A DNA stretch of 64,000 bases. It comes from an uncultured Planctomycetaceae bacterium. Its GTDB lineage: Bacteria > Planctomycetota > Phycisphaerae > SM23-33. Within the stretch, counting starts at the first letter, position 1. Every line of letters begins with the position of its first letter. The stretch covers positions 2,693-66,692 of the forward strand of contig CAYQJH010000002.1 in NCBI GenBank assembly GCA_964417755.1. The letters are read 5' to 3'. This document shows positions 37,762-47,214 of the stretch, one piece after another. Under the pieces are notes generated by a model. The model was not told where the DNA came from. It made no database searches and saw nothing but the letters and a program-made list of their open reading frames with translations. The translations under genes were made by a program, and so were the position numbers.

Positions 37762-38493
37762 TCAGGCCAGGCGGCAGCCGGCAGCCTCGAAGGCCTCCTT
37801 CGCCAGGCGTACATGCTCATCAGTAGCGCCGTCTTTGACCATCGCCGACATGAACCGCCGCAGGCTCTTTGCCTGTTTGACTTGCCGATTGAACCTGGGG
37901 CGATGCAGGCGCTCAAGGTCGATCAACGCCACGCCCGCACCCTTGCCGTTCTGCCCAAAGACGTGTCTTGGCAGCAGGTCAGGCCAGCACCAGCCGGCCT
38001 GAAACACCTTCACCATCGCGCCGGCCAGCTTCCGCAGCACATCCTTTATTAACGGCTGTTGAGCATCGGCAAGAAGCTCATTCAGAGGCGTTCCCTCTAC
38101 CGGCAGGGCCACCATTACGCCCTGCGTGGGCAGATTCAGAAAATGTCGCTGGCCGAAGGCAATGACCTCCGCAACGCCAATGCCGAAGCCGGCCACAACC
38201 TGCATGGCTGCATGTTCCTTGTGGATCATCGAACATGGCCGCCGGCCGGCAAGCATGTCACGAAGCATCTCGGTCCGCTCGGTGGCCAGGGCCTTCTTGA
38301 CGAAGACCATCTGGCCGCACGGCAGGACCGTGCTGCGCGTTTCACTTCTGCCGGCGTGCCAACTGAGGCATTGGCCGCCATCGAATCGCATCAGGTCTTC
38401 GAACGAGGCCAGGCCCGAAGCATTCAGACGCTGGCCCCAGCCCTCGGCTATCTCCAGGTGCAGGTTACTTTCAGTTTTCAAATCGCTCACCAC
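37762..38493 (-). CDS. Lipopolysaccharide kinase (Kdo/WaaP/InaA-like) family protein, divergent
   Basis: Protein-kinase-like fold remnants (ALIDLERLH, DLLPRHVF). Small size and motif spacing resemble Kdo/WaaP kinases. The assignment is tentative. Confidence 0.45.
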   Translation of the reverse strand: MVSDLKTESNLHLEIAEGWGQRLNASGLASFEDLMRFDGGQCLSWHAGRSETRSTVLPCGQMVFVKKALATERTEMLRDMLAGRRPCSMIHKEHAAMQVVAGFGIGVAEVIAFGQRHFLNLPTQGVMVALPVEGTPLNELLADAQQPLIKDVLRKLAGAMVKVFQAGWCWPDLLPRHVFGQNGKGAGVALIDLERLHRPRFNRQVKQAKSLRRFMSAMVKDGATDEHVRLAKEAFEAAGCRLA

Positions 38494-40138
38494 TGACTAC
38501 ATAGACAATGAACGCCCTGCCCGCAGCCGCTTCGGCAGAGCCTGTCCGCTTAAGTTTGGAAGCAACCGGGGTAGTGGATTTTGTCTTACCCATCGCAAAG
38601 AACGCGCCCAAGTCGGAAACCGCATAGGCCTTGTCCGCTCCTCCGCCATCAACCATCGCGTCGATCTTGCCCGCGACGAACTGCACCAGTCTTCCATCTT
38701 CGCTTATGACCGGCCCAGCCGCCTCGCCCGGCAGCGTCCTGAGCGTCGGGGTGATCGTGATTGCGGAATCACTGGCCAGGACCCGGCTGGAGCGGGTCTG
38801 CATGCCGCCCATTTCCTCGATGACCGGCGCGCTGTAGAGCGTGACGCTCTTGCCGGACAGCTCCGGCCCCTGGCCCTGCTCAAGCGGCGTGAATGCATAG
38901 CCCGGTACACTGATGACGGCCAGCGGCAGGTTGGCGGGCTTTCCGGGCACCGGCTTGACGACCGCACCGGCGATCGTCTTGTCATTGATTCTTACAAAGA
39001 TGTCGGCTGCGTCTGTCAGCGGCTTGCCGTCGAATTCCAGGTTGTCCACCAGCAACAGCGTGTCGGATATCGGTACCGCGACAGCCTGGCGGAAGACGAG
39101 GCGGTCGAACGTCGGCAGCGGCAAGGCATCATCTCGATGGGACCATCCCTTGCCAGCCGCGGAGGGCTTCTGACCCATCAACGGCATCGACCAGTTGAAT
39201 GATCGCGCAGCCGTCGTGCCGCTGAGATTGTTTGAAGTATCCTCGTATTGCCCCAGCAGGTCTTGTGCTTCCAGAAGGGCCGGCTGTTTTATCGATGCGC
39301 CGGGGGCCTTGGCAATGGCCCTCTTTAGCAGCATGAATGCCTCGAGCGAATCGCTTCGCATGCGGAGGAAGTCGCTGGCGGGAGTCACAGCCTCCAGGCC
39401 CTTGTTCTGGGCCAGCAGAACCAGCGCCTTGGCCTGAGCGAAGGCCGGCACCTGGGGGCACTTGCGAGCGCAGTTCTGCAACGACATCTGGGCGCCTGTG
39501 AGGTTATCGCCCTCGAGTTCCGCAATCCCGATCAGGAACTCCCGCAGCAGGGGATCTTGCCAGGTTGCAGCCGCTTCTCGGAGCTTGGCATACAGGGCCG
39601 GCCCCTTCGCATTCTTGTTCTTGCGGAGCAAGTCACTGGCCTCCGTGAGCAACTCCTGATATCGCGTCCGCCGCGCAACAAACTCCTTGGGCGAAAGCCA
39701 ATCAACGCCAATCTTCCGCTTCTTATCATGGACGGCGGCGCGCCACTTCTCGATGTCCTGCCGGAGGTTGACTGATTCGCTGCCGGGCAACGTGCTGCCG
39801 AGCCGGCGCATCAGCAGGAAGGCCATGCTCTCAGGCTCCGTCAGGGCCTCGATGTTGATGGCTCCGCCGCCGGAGGATGAAAGGCTTACCGGCCGGCTGC
39901 TGGCCACCGGCGACGCCGGAGAGGTGCTTGATGGGCCATAGCGGACATAAACCACGTCGGCGGCACTGAACTCGGTGGTCTTGCCGGCTTTCTCCAGGAA
40001 ATACTTATCGTCCTTGAGCGTAACCGTCCCTTCGTGCTTGGACTCGTCGCGAAGGTACAGCGTGTCAGCGATGGATGAGCCGGCAGAGGCCATCACGACA
40101 ACGCCGGCCAGGAGCGTCAGGCCCAGGATTCGCTTCAT
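38471..40138 (-). CDS. Secreted hypothetical protein with TPR-like middle region and degenerate trypsin-like C-terminal domain
   Basis: Signal peptide MKRILGLTLLAGVVVMASAGSSIA. C-terminal GEAAGPVI sits where GDSGGP would be expected. 23-nt overlap with the downstream kinase-like gene. Confidence 0.55.
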   Translation of the reverse strand: MKRILGLTLLAGVVVMASAGSSIADTLYLRDESKHEGTVTLKDDKYFLEKAGKTTEFSAADVVYVRYGPSSTSPASPVASSRPVSLSSSGGGAINIEALTEPESMAFLLMRRLGSTLPGSESVNLRQDIEKWRAAVHDKKRKIGVDWLSPKEFVARRTRYQELLTEASDLLRKNKNAKGPALYAKLREAAATWQDPLLREFLIGIAELEGDNLTGAQMSLQNCARKCPQVPAFAQAKALVLLAQNKGLEAVTPASDFLRMRSDSLEAFMLLKRAIAKAPGASIKQPALLEAQDLLGQYEDTSNNLSGTTAARSFNWSMPLMGQKPSAAGKGWSHRDDALPLPTFDRLVFRQAVAVPISDTLLLVDNLEFDGKPLTDAADIFVRINDKTIAGAVVKPVPGKPANLPLAVISVPGYAFTPLEQGQGPELSGKSVTLYSAPVIEEMGGMQTRSSRVLASDSAITITPTLRTLPGEAAGPVISEDGRLVQFVAGKIDAMVDGGGADKAYAVSDLGAFFAMGKTKSTTPVASKLKRTGSAEAAAGRAFIVYVVSGERFEN

Positions 40139-40752
40139 GTCGTAGCTCCACCTTTGTTGAGGGTCCCAGAGGCACTCACCTTCCGAACTATAATACCATC
40201 CCGCGCCTCAAGCACAATCATCGTCCACCCATACTCGCCCGGAAGGACACAGCCGGAGAATGATGGCATACCCCCGGCGTGATTCCTTCTGCTTCTGTCC
40301 GTGAAGCATGGCTCTCGACCTGAGCTGCATCTGCTTGCATGCAAAAACATAATCTTTGTGGCGTCAAGGGCTTGTGGTTTAGGCACCTGTTCAGTTCTGT
40401 TCAGTTCTGTACGATTCCATTCGATTTTGCCCCGGTTTTTGCGCATCTGAGCCGTCTTTGTTGTCATTCTTATTGCTCCGAGCGAACCATGAATATCCAC
40501 GTCTGCGCCGTGGCGACTGCATGGCCAGCGAACTCTCCGCGCACCCCATTAGCGCATCGCGCCCTCTCTTGTGCGCGCAAAGATGGTCAAGAAACGCGCA
40601 GGCTGGCCATAAGTCCTTGGCTGGAGCAAAGAAGAATATTATCGCAAGAGCTATTTCATGTTCCTAAATGGGATCGATATTTGCGCAGCAAGTGGGTCAA
40701 AGGCGTGCTAAGAATGCCTGGAACTGCATCAGCACAAGTTGGCTGCTTTTCG

Positions 40753-40910
40753 TGTCGCGGGCGTCTCGCCCGCGTGTACCGAGGGCATCCTGCCCTCGCG
40801 TTTCTCAACGAACCGCAGGCCAGACGCCTGCGGCGCGTGGGCAAGCTCGTGCTACGTAGCGAGCCACTTCGCGGAGTAGCAATGCCCGCGAAATGTAGCA
40901 GCCCGCGGGA
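40753..40910. repeat. A-family composite repeat, long copy including the GCTACGTAGCGAGC hairpin module
   Basis: Nearly identical over ~70 nt to the 29783 copy. Confidence 0.8.
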
Positions 40911-40957
40911 AGTCTCCCACGGGCTGCGGATATCTCGACCAGCTATGCAAGCATCTA

Positions 40958-42547
40958 TTAAGGCTTCTCTTCCTTTGAGTCCTTCTCTGCCTCGGGCTTT
41001 TCAGGCTTGAGGAAGAAATATCGCGACCCGCCGGAGCGGTCCGTTGCACGCACGCGGATGCCGTCGGAGGCCACCTTTGCCGAGGCGGCCTCGGCGAACT
41101 CCTCAGCCGACGCGACCGCCTTGCCGTTGACGCTCGTAATGACCATCCCGGGACGAAGGCCTTGTTCGTCGGCGTTGCTGCCGGGGACCACTTCGGTAAT
41201 CAGTGCGCCCTTTACCGGCCGGGTGAACCCGTACTGCCTGGCCATCTCGGCGGACATCGTTGAGACCTGGATTCCGAAGCTTGACGCACTGTTTGGCTCG
41301 GGCATCGCGCCCTCGGGCCCGATGACAGCAGTCATGTCCGCCGGCTGGGGTTCGAGCTTGACCTTGATCTTCATCTCCTTGCCGTCGCGGTAGAGCGTGA
41401 CTTCGATTTCCTTGCCCGGCTGGTATTCAGCCACCAGGCCACGGAGCTCCTCCACGTCGGCGACCTCTTTGCCCTCGATCGCGGTGATGAAGTCGCCTTC
41501 CTTGATGTCGGCCTTGGCTGCCGGCGTATCCGGCATTATCTGGCCAACAAGCGCCCCCCTGGTCGAGGGCAGATTGAAACTCTTCGCAAGGTCTTCGTTA
41601 ACCGGCTGGATCTGAACGCCCAGGTAGCCGCGAGTCACCTTGCCCTTCTCGATAAGCTGCGCCATGATCGACTTGACCATCTTGGACGGGATCGACAGGC
41701 CGATGCCCTCATTCACGCCGGTCTGCGAGACGATGGCAGTGTTTATGCCGATGACCTCGCCCTTCATGTTCACCAGCGGCCCGCCGCTATTGCCGTGATT
41801 GATCGAGGCGTCGGTCTGAATGAAGCTCTGGTATGTGTTGGGCTCCCCGGTAGAGCGTTTCATCGCGGAGATAATGCCGGCTGTCACCGTCTGCTCCAGG
41901 CCTTCGGGCGAGCCGATGGCCAGCACCCAGTCGCCGACCTGCATGGCATCGCTATCGCCAAGCGGGGCGTCGATCAGGCCCTGGGCCTCGACCTTCAGGA
42001 CCGCCAGGTCGGTCTGCTTGTCGGTGCGAATCCAGGTGGTCTTGAGGCTCTTGCCGCCGGGCAGAACCACCTGCGTCTCGTCGGCGCCGGCTACCACGTG
42101 GTAGTTCGTCAGGACGTACCCATTCTTGGCATCGACGATGACGCCGCTGCCCAGGCCGCGGCGGAGGAATTCGCGAGGCTGGCGCGGCTGAGGCTGGGGC
42201 ATTCGGGGCCTGATGCCGGGGGCCTCGTCGCCGAAGAAGCGGCGGAAGAATTCGTCCATATCGCCGCCCATGTCGGGCGTCATCATGCGAACCTTCTTTG
42301 TGACCTTGACCTCGACGACGGCAGGCTTGAGCACCTTGGCCACCTGCGCGAACAGCGCTGACATGTGGTCCTGCTTGGACATCTCGGCCAATTGGTCGCG
42401 GGCTGCTTCATTGGATGCCTTCGTCGCGGCGTCCTTGGCGGCGGCGTAAGCAATGTTGTAAACCAGGCTTGTGCCGTCCACCACGACGTAGCCAATCATC
42501 GCCAGCACCGCAACGACAAACAACGACACCCATAGCTTGGATCGCAT
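40958..42547 (-). CDS. HtrA/DegP-family periplasmic serine protease with two PDZ domains
   Basis: Catalytic GNSGGPLVN serine motif, trypsin-like domain and two PDZ-like regions. Confidence 0.85.
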   Translation of the reverse strand: MRSKLWVSLFVVAVLAMIGYVVVDGTSLVYNIAYAAAKDAATKASNEAARDQLAEMSKQDHMSALFAQVAKVLKPAVVEVKVTKKVRMMTPDMGGDMDEFFRRFFGDEAPGIRPRMPQPQPRQPREFLRRGLGSGVIVDAKNGYVLTNYHVVAGADETQVVLPGGKSLKTTWIRTDKQTDLAVLKVEAQGLIDAPLGDSDAMQVGDWVLAIGSPEGLEQTVTAGIISAMKRSTGEPNTYQSFIQTDASINHGNSGGPLVNMKGEVIGINTAIVSQTGVNEGIGLSIPSKMVKSIMAQLIEKGKVTRGYLGVQIQPVNEDLAKSFNLPSTRGALVGQIMPDTPAAKADIKEGDFITAIEGKEVADVEELRGLVAEYQPGKEIEVTLYRDGKEMKIKVKLEPQPADMTAVIGPEGAMPEPNSASSFGIQVSTMSAEMARQYGFTRPVKGALITEVVPGSNADEQGLRPGMVITSVNGKAVASAEEFAEAASAKVASDGIRVRATDRSGGSRYFFLKPEKPEAEKDSKEEKP

Positions 42548-42687
42548 GTTCTTCTCCTTTAGTCGATGAGGAACCGTAGCTTAAATGGTTGTTGCCATTT
42601 CTACGGCCCGTATTTTGAAAAGTTTGCGCAAGTCATTCAAGACCCTTAATGATAGGCGGTTGAAGGTGGACGCTAGAGCAGTGCCGC

Positions 42688-42790
42688 AGTTTTGTGCAGC
42701 GGGCGTCTCGCCTGCACATCCTTGGCATGTCAAAATCTGCAGGCACGTGGCGTGGCTTACGGAGCGAAGCGGAGTAACTACGCTTGACCG
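42688..42790. repeat. A-family repeat
   Basis: TGTGCAGCGGGCGTCTCGCCTGCACATC...GGAGCGAAGCGGAGTAACTACGC. Confidence 0.7.
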
Positions 42791-42919
42791 GCAGCATGGT
42801 CGCTCCATGCCTGCGGGACTTCACAGGCCAGGGCAGCCATCGGTCCGGTCTGGTGCAATTACGGGCAAGTATCTACTTATGCGTATATGTTGAGCGTGAG
42901 TGGGGGCGAACCCGCGTCT

Positions 42920-43090
42920 TCATCGCTGGCTGGCGCCTTTATCGATGGCACGAATTTCCTTCTCGATCAGGCGGCAGTTTTCCGAAGGGCGGCTGACGCC
43001 GGCAAAGACGCCGGTGCACTTGCTGATGTACGCGAACGTCGCAATCATCGACAATGCAATGATTAAGGCAACAAATCTTGGTGCAGTCAT
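42920..43090 (-). CDS. Candidate small membrane-anchored protein (56 aa)
   Basis: Strong SD AGGAGAatcc then ATG. N-terminal TM helix FVALIIALSMIATFAYI. Below the track's ORF length cutoff. Confidence 0.35.
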   Translation of the reverse strand: MTAPRFVALIIALSMIATFAYISKCTGVFAGVSRPSENCRLIEKEIRAIDKGASQR

Positions 43091-43381
43091 GGATTCTCCT
43101 GTTAAAACCTCCGGCGGAAAGAAACATACGATTCAGCAAACCAGGATGCGAAATGACCAATAAAATCAGGCCTTTACAGCGGTGGGGGCCTGAATCGAAG
43201 ACGCCGCGGGGAGGCGGCTGTGGCGGCAGGTCTTGAATGTCACTGAATTTGTGGAAATTTCTCTGGCAAAACGCCGGGCGGGACAGTAACCTACTGCCCC
43301 TTGTGGTGGTCCGGAAGTGTTTTCCGGCCCTGCCTTTGTAGGCAACCACGTAAAGATCACAGTTTCATGGGAGAGATTCCG

Positions 43382-43522
43382 ATGAAGAAGATCATTGCCA
43401 GCCTGCTGCTGGGAACGGCCTTCCTGGTTGTCAACGCGGTCGCCGCTGATGCACCGGCCACCAAAGCAACCACCAAGCCCGCAACCGCTACGGCCACCGC
43501 AACCGCGCCGGCCACCAAGTAG
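43382..43522 (+). CDS. Small secreted peptide precursor (46 aa; Thr/Ala/Pro/Lys-rich mature part)
   Basis: SD GGGAGAG 6 nt before the ATG. Signal peptide MKKIIASLLLGTAFLVVNAVAADA followed by PATKATTKPATATATATAPATK. A strong hairpin sits downstream. Confidence 0.4.
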   Translation: MKKIIASLLLGTAFLVVNAVAADAPATKATTKPATATATATAPATK

Positions 43523-43924
43523 TCCGAACTCAAGACAGAATCTTGAACGTTCAAGCTTCGTAGGGGCGGCCGTAAACAGCGGCCGCTCCTACGTAAAAGC
43601 TTCCAAACCACGCAGTTCCCATTTTCTCGCAGATATTTCCCCGCTCCTGAAATGCCCCGCGGCAGCATGGTTGCTCCATCCTCCGGATTTCGTAAACCAT
43701 GGCCGGCTTATCGGCCTGGACAATAATCAAGCCCCGCGGCGCCGGAATCTTGCGCAATCGCGGGGCTTTGACTCAAAGCTATTCGTTGTCGCGGCGCATG
43801 CCAGGACGAAGCGCCCGCCCCTATCTTGACGACGACATCCCCCGGCTCCCGCCGGGGGCCTCCTAACGGCTTCCAGCAGCGCCGCCGCCGGGGGCTTCCT
43901 CGGCGCGCATCAAGTCTCTCAGCA

Positions 43925-44008
43925 CTGTGTCGCGGGCGCGTGCGCCCGCGCGGGCAAGCTCGTGCTACGTAGCGAGCTACTTCGCTAAGTGGCAATGCCC
44001 GCGACACG
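43925..44008. repeat. A-family repeat
   Basis: TGTCGCGGGCGCGTGCGCCCGCGCGGGCAAGCTCGTGCTACGTAGCGAGCTACTTCGC...GCCCGCGACACG. Confidence 0.75.
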
Positions 44009-44032
44009 TTTTCATACAGGCTCTTACGGAAG

Positions 44033-44683
44033 TTACGCCTGGTTCTGCGGCTGGGGCGGTTTGGGCGCTGCGGGCTGGGCTGCCGGGGCCTGCGACGAGG
44101 CCACCTGGGTCGGCGCCGCCTTGGCCGCTTGACCCGCCGGCTTGGCCGGTGATCCCGCCGCTTCTTTTGGTTTGCCGCCTGGGGCCAGCAGCATCGTCAT
44201 GCGCTTGCCTTCGTAGCGGAAGTCCTGCTCGACCTTGGCGATCTCGGACAGGTCAGCCTTGATCTTCGCGAAAACCTTCTTGCCCTCGTCCACGTGAGCC
44301 AGCTCGCGGCCGCGGAAGCGGAGCGTGAACTGCACGCGGTCGCCCCGGCCAAGGAATTCCTTGGCGTGCATGATCTTGATTTCCAGGTCATGGTCGCCGA
44401 TCTTCGGCGTCTTGATCCGGATTTCCTTCAGCTCGGTCTCGTGGCGCCGGCCCTTGGACTTCTGCTCCTTCTTCCGCTGAGCATATTTCCACTTGCCGTA
44501 ATCCATGATCCGGCAAACCGGCGGCCGCGAGTGCGGATCGACCTCCACCAGGTCCAGCCCGACCGCTCGGGCCTTGGCGATGGATTCCTTGACGTCCACG
44601 ATTCCCAACTGGTTGTTCTCGTCGTCAATCAGACGAATCGGGGAGATGCGAATCTGCTCGTTGCATCTAAGATCTTTTGCGAT
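44033..44683 (-). CDS. infC: Translation initiation factor IF-3, non-AUG (AUC) start
   Basis: C-terminal region aligns with E. coli IF3 (GIVxxxEAxxxAxxxGLDLVEVxPxxxPPVCRIMDYGK). The homologous N-terminus (NEQIRISPIRLIDDENNQLG) lies upstream of the first TTG/ATG with no in-frame AUG/GUG. SD TAGGAGT is followed 7 nt later by ATC at 44683-44681. Confidence 0.7.
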   Translation of the reverse strand: MAKDLRCNEQIRISPIRLIDDENNQLGIVDVKESIAKARAVGLDLVEVDPHSRPPVCRIMDYGKWKYAQRKKEQKSKGRRHETELKEIRIKTPKIGDHDLEIKIMHAKEFLGRGDRVQFTLRFRGRELAHVDEGKKVFAKIKADLSEIAKVEQDFRYEGKRMTMLLAPGGKPKEAAGSPAKPAGQAAKAAPTQVASSQAPAAQPAAPKPPQPQNQA

Positions 44684-44742
44684 GGCCGTTACTCCTAAAT
44701 AGAAATAGCTGGTTCGTTTTGGCTGGCCCGCCTTGGGCCGGC

Positions 44743-46743
44743 TTAATCCTTCTTACCTTTGCTTCGGATTTCCTGCTGCAAGGCAGCCAGGAAATCCGCA
44801 ACGCTCGTAGCGCCGCGGTCGCCCTCGGTGCGATGCCGCACCGCCACGGTTTGGCTTTCCTGCTCCCGCTGGCCGATGACGGCCATGTAGGGCACCTTGT
44901 CCAGCGTGCAGCGGCGAATCTTGGCGCCGATCTTCTCGCTGGACTCATCCAACTCGATACGGATGCCGGCGGCCTTGAGTTCCGCAGCCACCTTGCGGGC
45001 ATAATCATTGAACTTCTCGCTGACGCTCAGCACAGCCACCTGCACCGGCGACAGCCACAGCGGAAACGCCCCCGCAAAGTGCTCGATCAGCACGCCGATG
45101 AATCGCTCGAGCGATCCAAACGGCGCGCGGTGCACCATGACCGGCTGATGGGGGCGATTGTCTGCGCCGATATACTCCAGGCCGAAACGCTGCGGCAAAT
45201 TATAGTCAACCTGCACCGTGCCAAGCTGCCACTGCCGGCCGATGCAGTCGTTTACAACGAAGTCGATCTTGGGCCCGTAAAAGGCAGCCTCGCCAGGGGC
45301 CTCGATGTAATTCATGCCAAGCTTCTTGACGACCGAGCGAATGTTGGCCTCGGCCATGTCCCAGTTGCGGGCCTCGCCCACGTACTTGTCGCTGGATGGG
45401 TCTCGCAGGCTCACGCGGACGTGATAGTCACGCAGGTTCAGGGCCTCCAGCACCATCTTGGCCAGGCCCACGCACGATTCCAGTTCTGCCTCGACCTGCT
45501 CTGGCGTGCAGAAGATATGCGCGTCGTCCTGGGTAAAGCCTCGCACTCGCGTCAGCCCGCCAAGTTCGCCGGACTGCTCGTAACGGTACACGGTTCCGAA
45601 CTCCGCCAGGCGCACGGGCAGGTCACGGTACGACCGCTGGGCAGCCTTGTATATCTGTATGTGGTGCGGGCAGTTCATCGGCTTGAGGAGATAGCCCTCT
45701 TCCATGCCGGCATTGGCAGCCTCGGCGCAGCAGGGGCCCTCAGCCATCAGGATCGGCGGGAATTGGCTTTCCTTGTAATACGGGTAATGGCCGCTGGTGC
45801 GGTACATGTCCAGCTTGCCGATGTGCGGCGTGAAGACGATCTGGTAGCCGCGGGCTGAAAGCTCGCTTCGCAGCCAGTTCTCCAGTTCCAGGCGGACGGT
45901 CGCACCCTTGGGCAGCCATAGCGGCAGGCCCGGGCCGACGGCGTCGCTGATGAGGAACAAGCCCAGTTGCTTGCCGATGACGCGATGGTCGCGCTTCTTG
46001 GCCTCCTCCACGCGGGCCAAGTGCTCAGCCAGCGTTTTTTCCTCGAAGAAGGCGGTGCCATAGATGCGGGTCAGCATGGCGTTCTTCTCATCGCCGCGCC
46101 AGTACGCCCCAGCCGTGGTTATCAGCCTGAAGGCCTTGAGCCTGCCGGTATCGGCCAGGTGAGGCCCGCGACACATATCAAGAAACTCGCCCTGGCGATA
46201 GAAGCTGACCTGCGAGACGCCTTCGTTGCGGACGAGGTCGTTGATCATCTCGACCTTGTACTTCTGGCCGAGGTCAGCCATCTGCTTTATCGCCTGCTCG
46301 ACGCTCAGCTCGATCCGCTCGATGGGCAGCTTCTCGGCGACGATTTTGGCCATCTCTTTTTCGATGGCCGGCAGGTCTTCGCTCTTGATCGGCGAGGGCA
46401 GGTCGAAATCGTAATAGAAGCCGTATTGGAAGTCGTCCGTCAGCGCCGGGCCGATGGTGTACTGGACGCCCCGGCCGTAGATGCGCACCATCGCCTGTGC
46501 CAGCACGTGGGCGGCTGTATGGCGAACGATCTCCATCGAGCGACCGTCGCGGTCAGTGAGGATCTTAATCTCGTGCCGGCCGGCGGCCAGCGTGGTGCTC
46601 AGGTCGCAAAGCCGGCCATCGACTTCAGCGGCAATGGCAGCCTTGGCCAGGCGCGGGGAGATATCGCTGGCGACCTGCAAAACGCTGACAGCCGCCGGAT
46701 AATTGCGACAACTGCCATCAGGCAAAACGATAGTAACGCTCAT
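44743..46743 (-). CDS. thrS: Threonyl-tRNA synthetase
   Basis: TGS domain, class II aaRS core and anticodon-binding domain. Start MSVTIVLPDGS. The ORF 5' extension runs through repeat 46779-46832. Confidence 0.85.
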   Translation of the reverse strand: MSVTIVLPDGSCRNYPAAVSVLQVASDISPRLAKAAIAAEVDGRLCDLSTTLAAGRHEIKILTDRDGRSMEIVRHTAAHVLAQAMVRIYGRGVQYTIGPALTDDFQYGFYYDFDLPSPIKSEDLPAIEKEMAKIVAEKLPIERIELSVEQAIKQMADLGQKYKVEMINDLVRNEGVSQVSFYRQGEFLDMCRGPHLADTGRLKAFRLITTAGAYWRGDEKNAMLTRIYGTAFFEEKTLAEHLARVEEAKKRDHRVIGKQLGLFLISDAVGPGLPLWLPKGATVRLELENWLRSELSARGYQIVFTPHIGKLDMYRTSGHYPYYKESQFPPILMAEGPCCAEAANAGMEEGYLLKPMNCPHHIQIYKAAQRSYRDLPVRLAEFGTVYRYEQSGELGGLTRVRGFTQDDAHIFCTPEQVEAELESCVGLAKMVLEALNLRDYHVRVSLRDPSSDKYVGEARNWDMAEANIRSVVKKLGMNYIEAPGEAAFYGPKIDFVVNDCIGRQWQLGTVQVDYNLPQRFGLEYIGADNRPHQPVMVHRAPFGSLERFIGVLIEHFAGAFPLWLSPVQVAVLSVSEKFNDYARKVAAELKAAGIRIELDESSEKIGAKIRRCTLDKVPYMAVIGQREQESQTVAVRHRTEGDRGATSVADFLAALQQEIRSKGKKD

Positions 46744-46778
46744 TGCAGTACCTTTACCGGCATGTTCCTTTGTTTCAC

Positions 46779-46832
46779 CTGTCGCGGGCGAGACGCCCGC
46801 GGTACGCGCGGGCGAGATGCCCGCGACACAGG
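46779..46832. repeat. A-family repeat in the thrS 5' leader
   Basis: TGTCGCGGGCGAGACGCCCGCGGTACGCGCGGGCGAGATGCCCGCGACAC. Confidence 0.75.
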
Positions 46833-47119
46833 TGCACGCACAAAAAGAAAACCGGCACATGACGTTGCCCAGGACTCGCCTGCTCTTGCAGGCGCACGAC
46901 GACGGCCACCGCGGGATATGCCGCAGCGGCCTAACATGTCGTCGTAGTCAAACGAGTCTTTGGCATCGCTCATGCACCGGCTGAACTACACTTCGGCTTA
47001 ATGTTACCAGTATAGCCTATCGGCAAAGTGCCCAAAGTCAATGCAATTTGAGAGTAAACAAATCGCCGCTGAGCCGCTGAGGTCGCAGAGAGAAGCATCG
47101 CTTCTGATCAGTAATCTGA

Positions 47120-47212
47120 TCCTCTCTCTGCGTTCTCAGCGTCTCAGCGGCCGCTGTTGTTGCTTCTTCTGTCGTTCCTGAAGCCTGAAGTCCGGAGCCT
47201 GAAACCCGCCGC
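47120..47212. repeat. C-family repeat (reverse orientation) 3' of glgP
   Basis: Reverse complement is GCGGCGGGTTTCAGGCTCCGGACTTCAGGCTTCAGGAACGACAGAAGAAGCAACAACAGCGGC. Confidence 0.6.
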
Positions 47213-47214
47213 TT

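Noticed and set aside
40339-41010. 223-aa plus-strand ORF in the degP downstream spacer
   Set aside because: Spans an A-family repeat and the degP 3' end in antisense. No RBS or motifs.
46744-46860. 5' extension of the thrS ORF (MCRFSFCACTCVAGISPARTAGVSPATGET...)
   Set aside because: Translation of an A-family hairpin repeat. ThrS homology begins at MSVTIV (46743).
44677-46947. Plus-strand ORFs 44677-45858 and 45967-46947
   Set aside because: Antisense to thrS.
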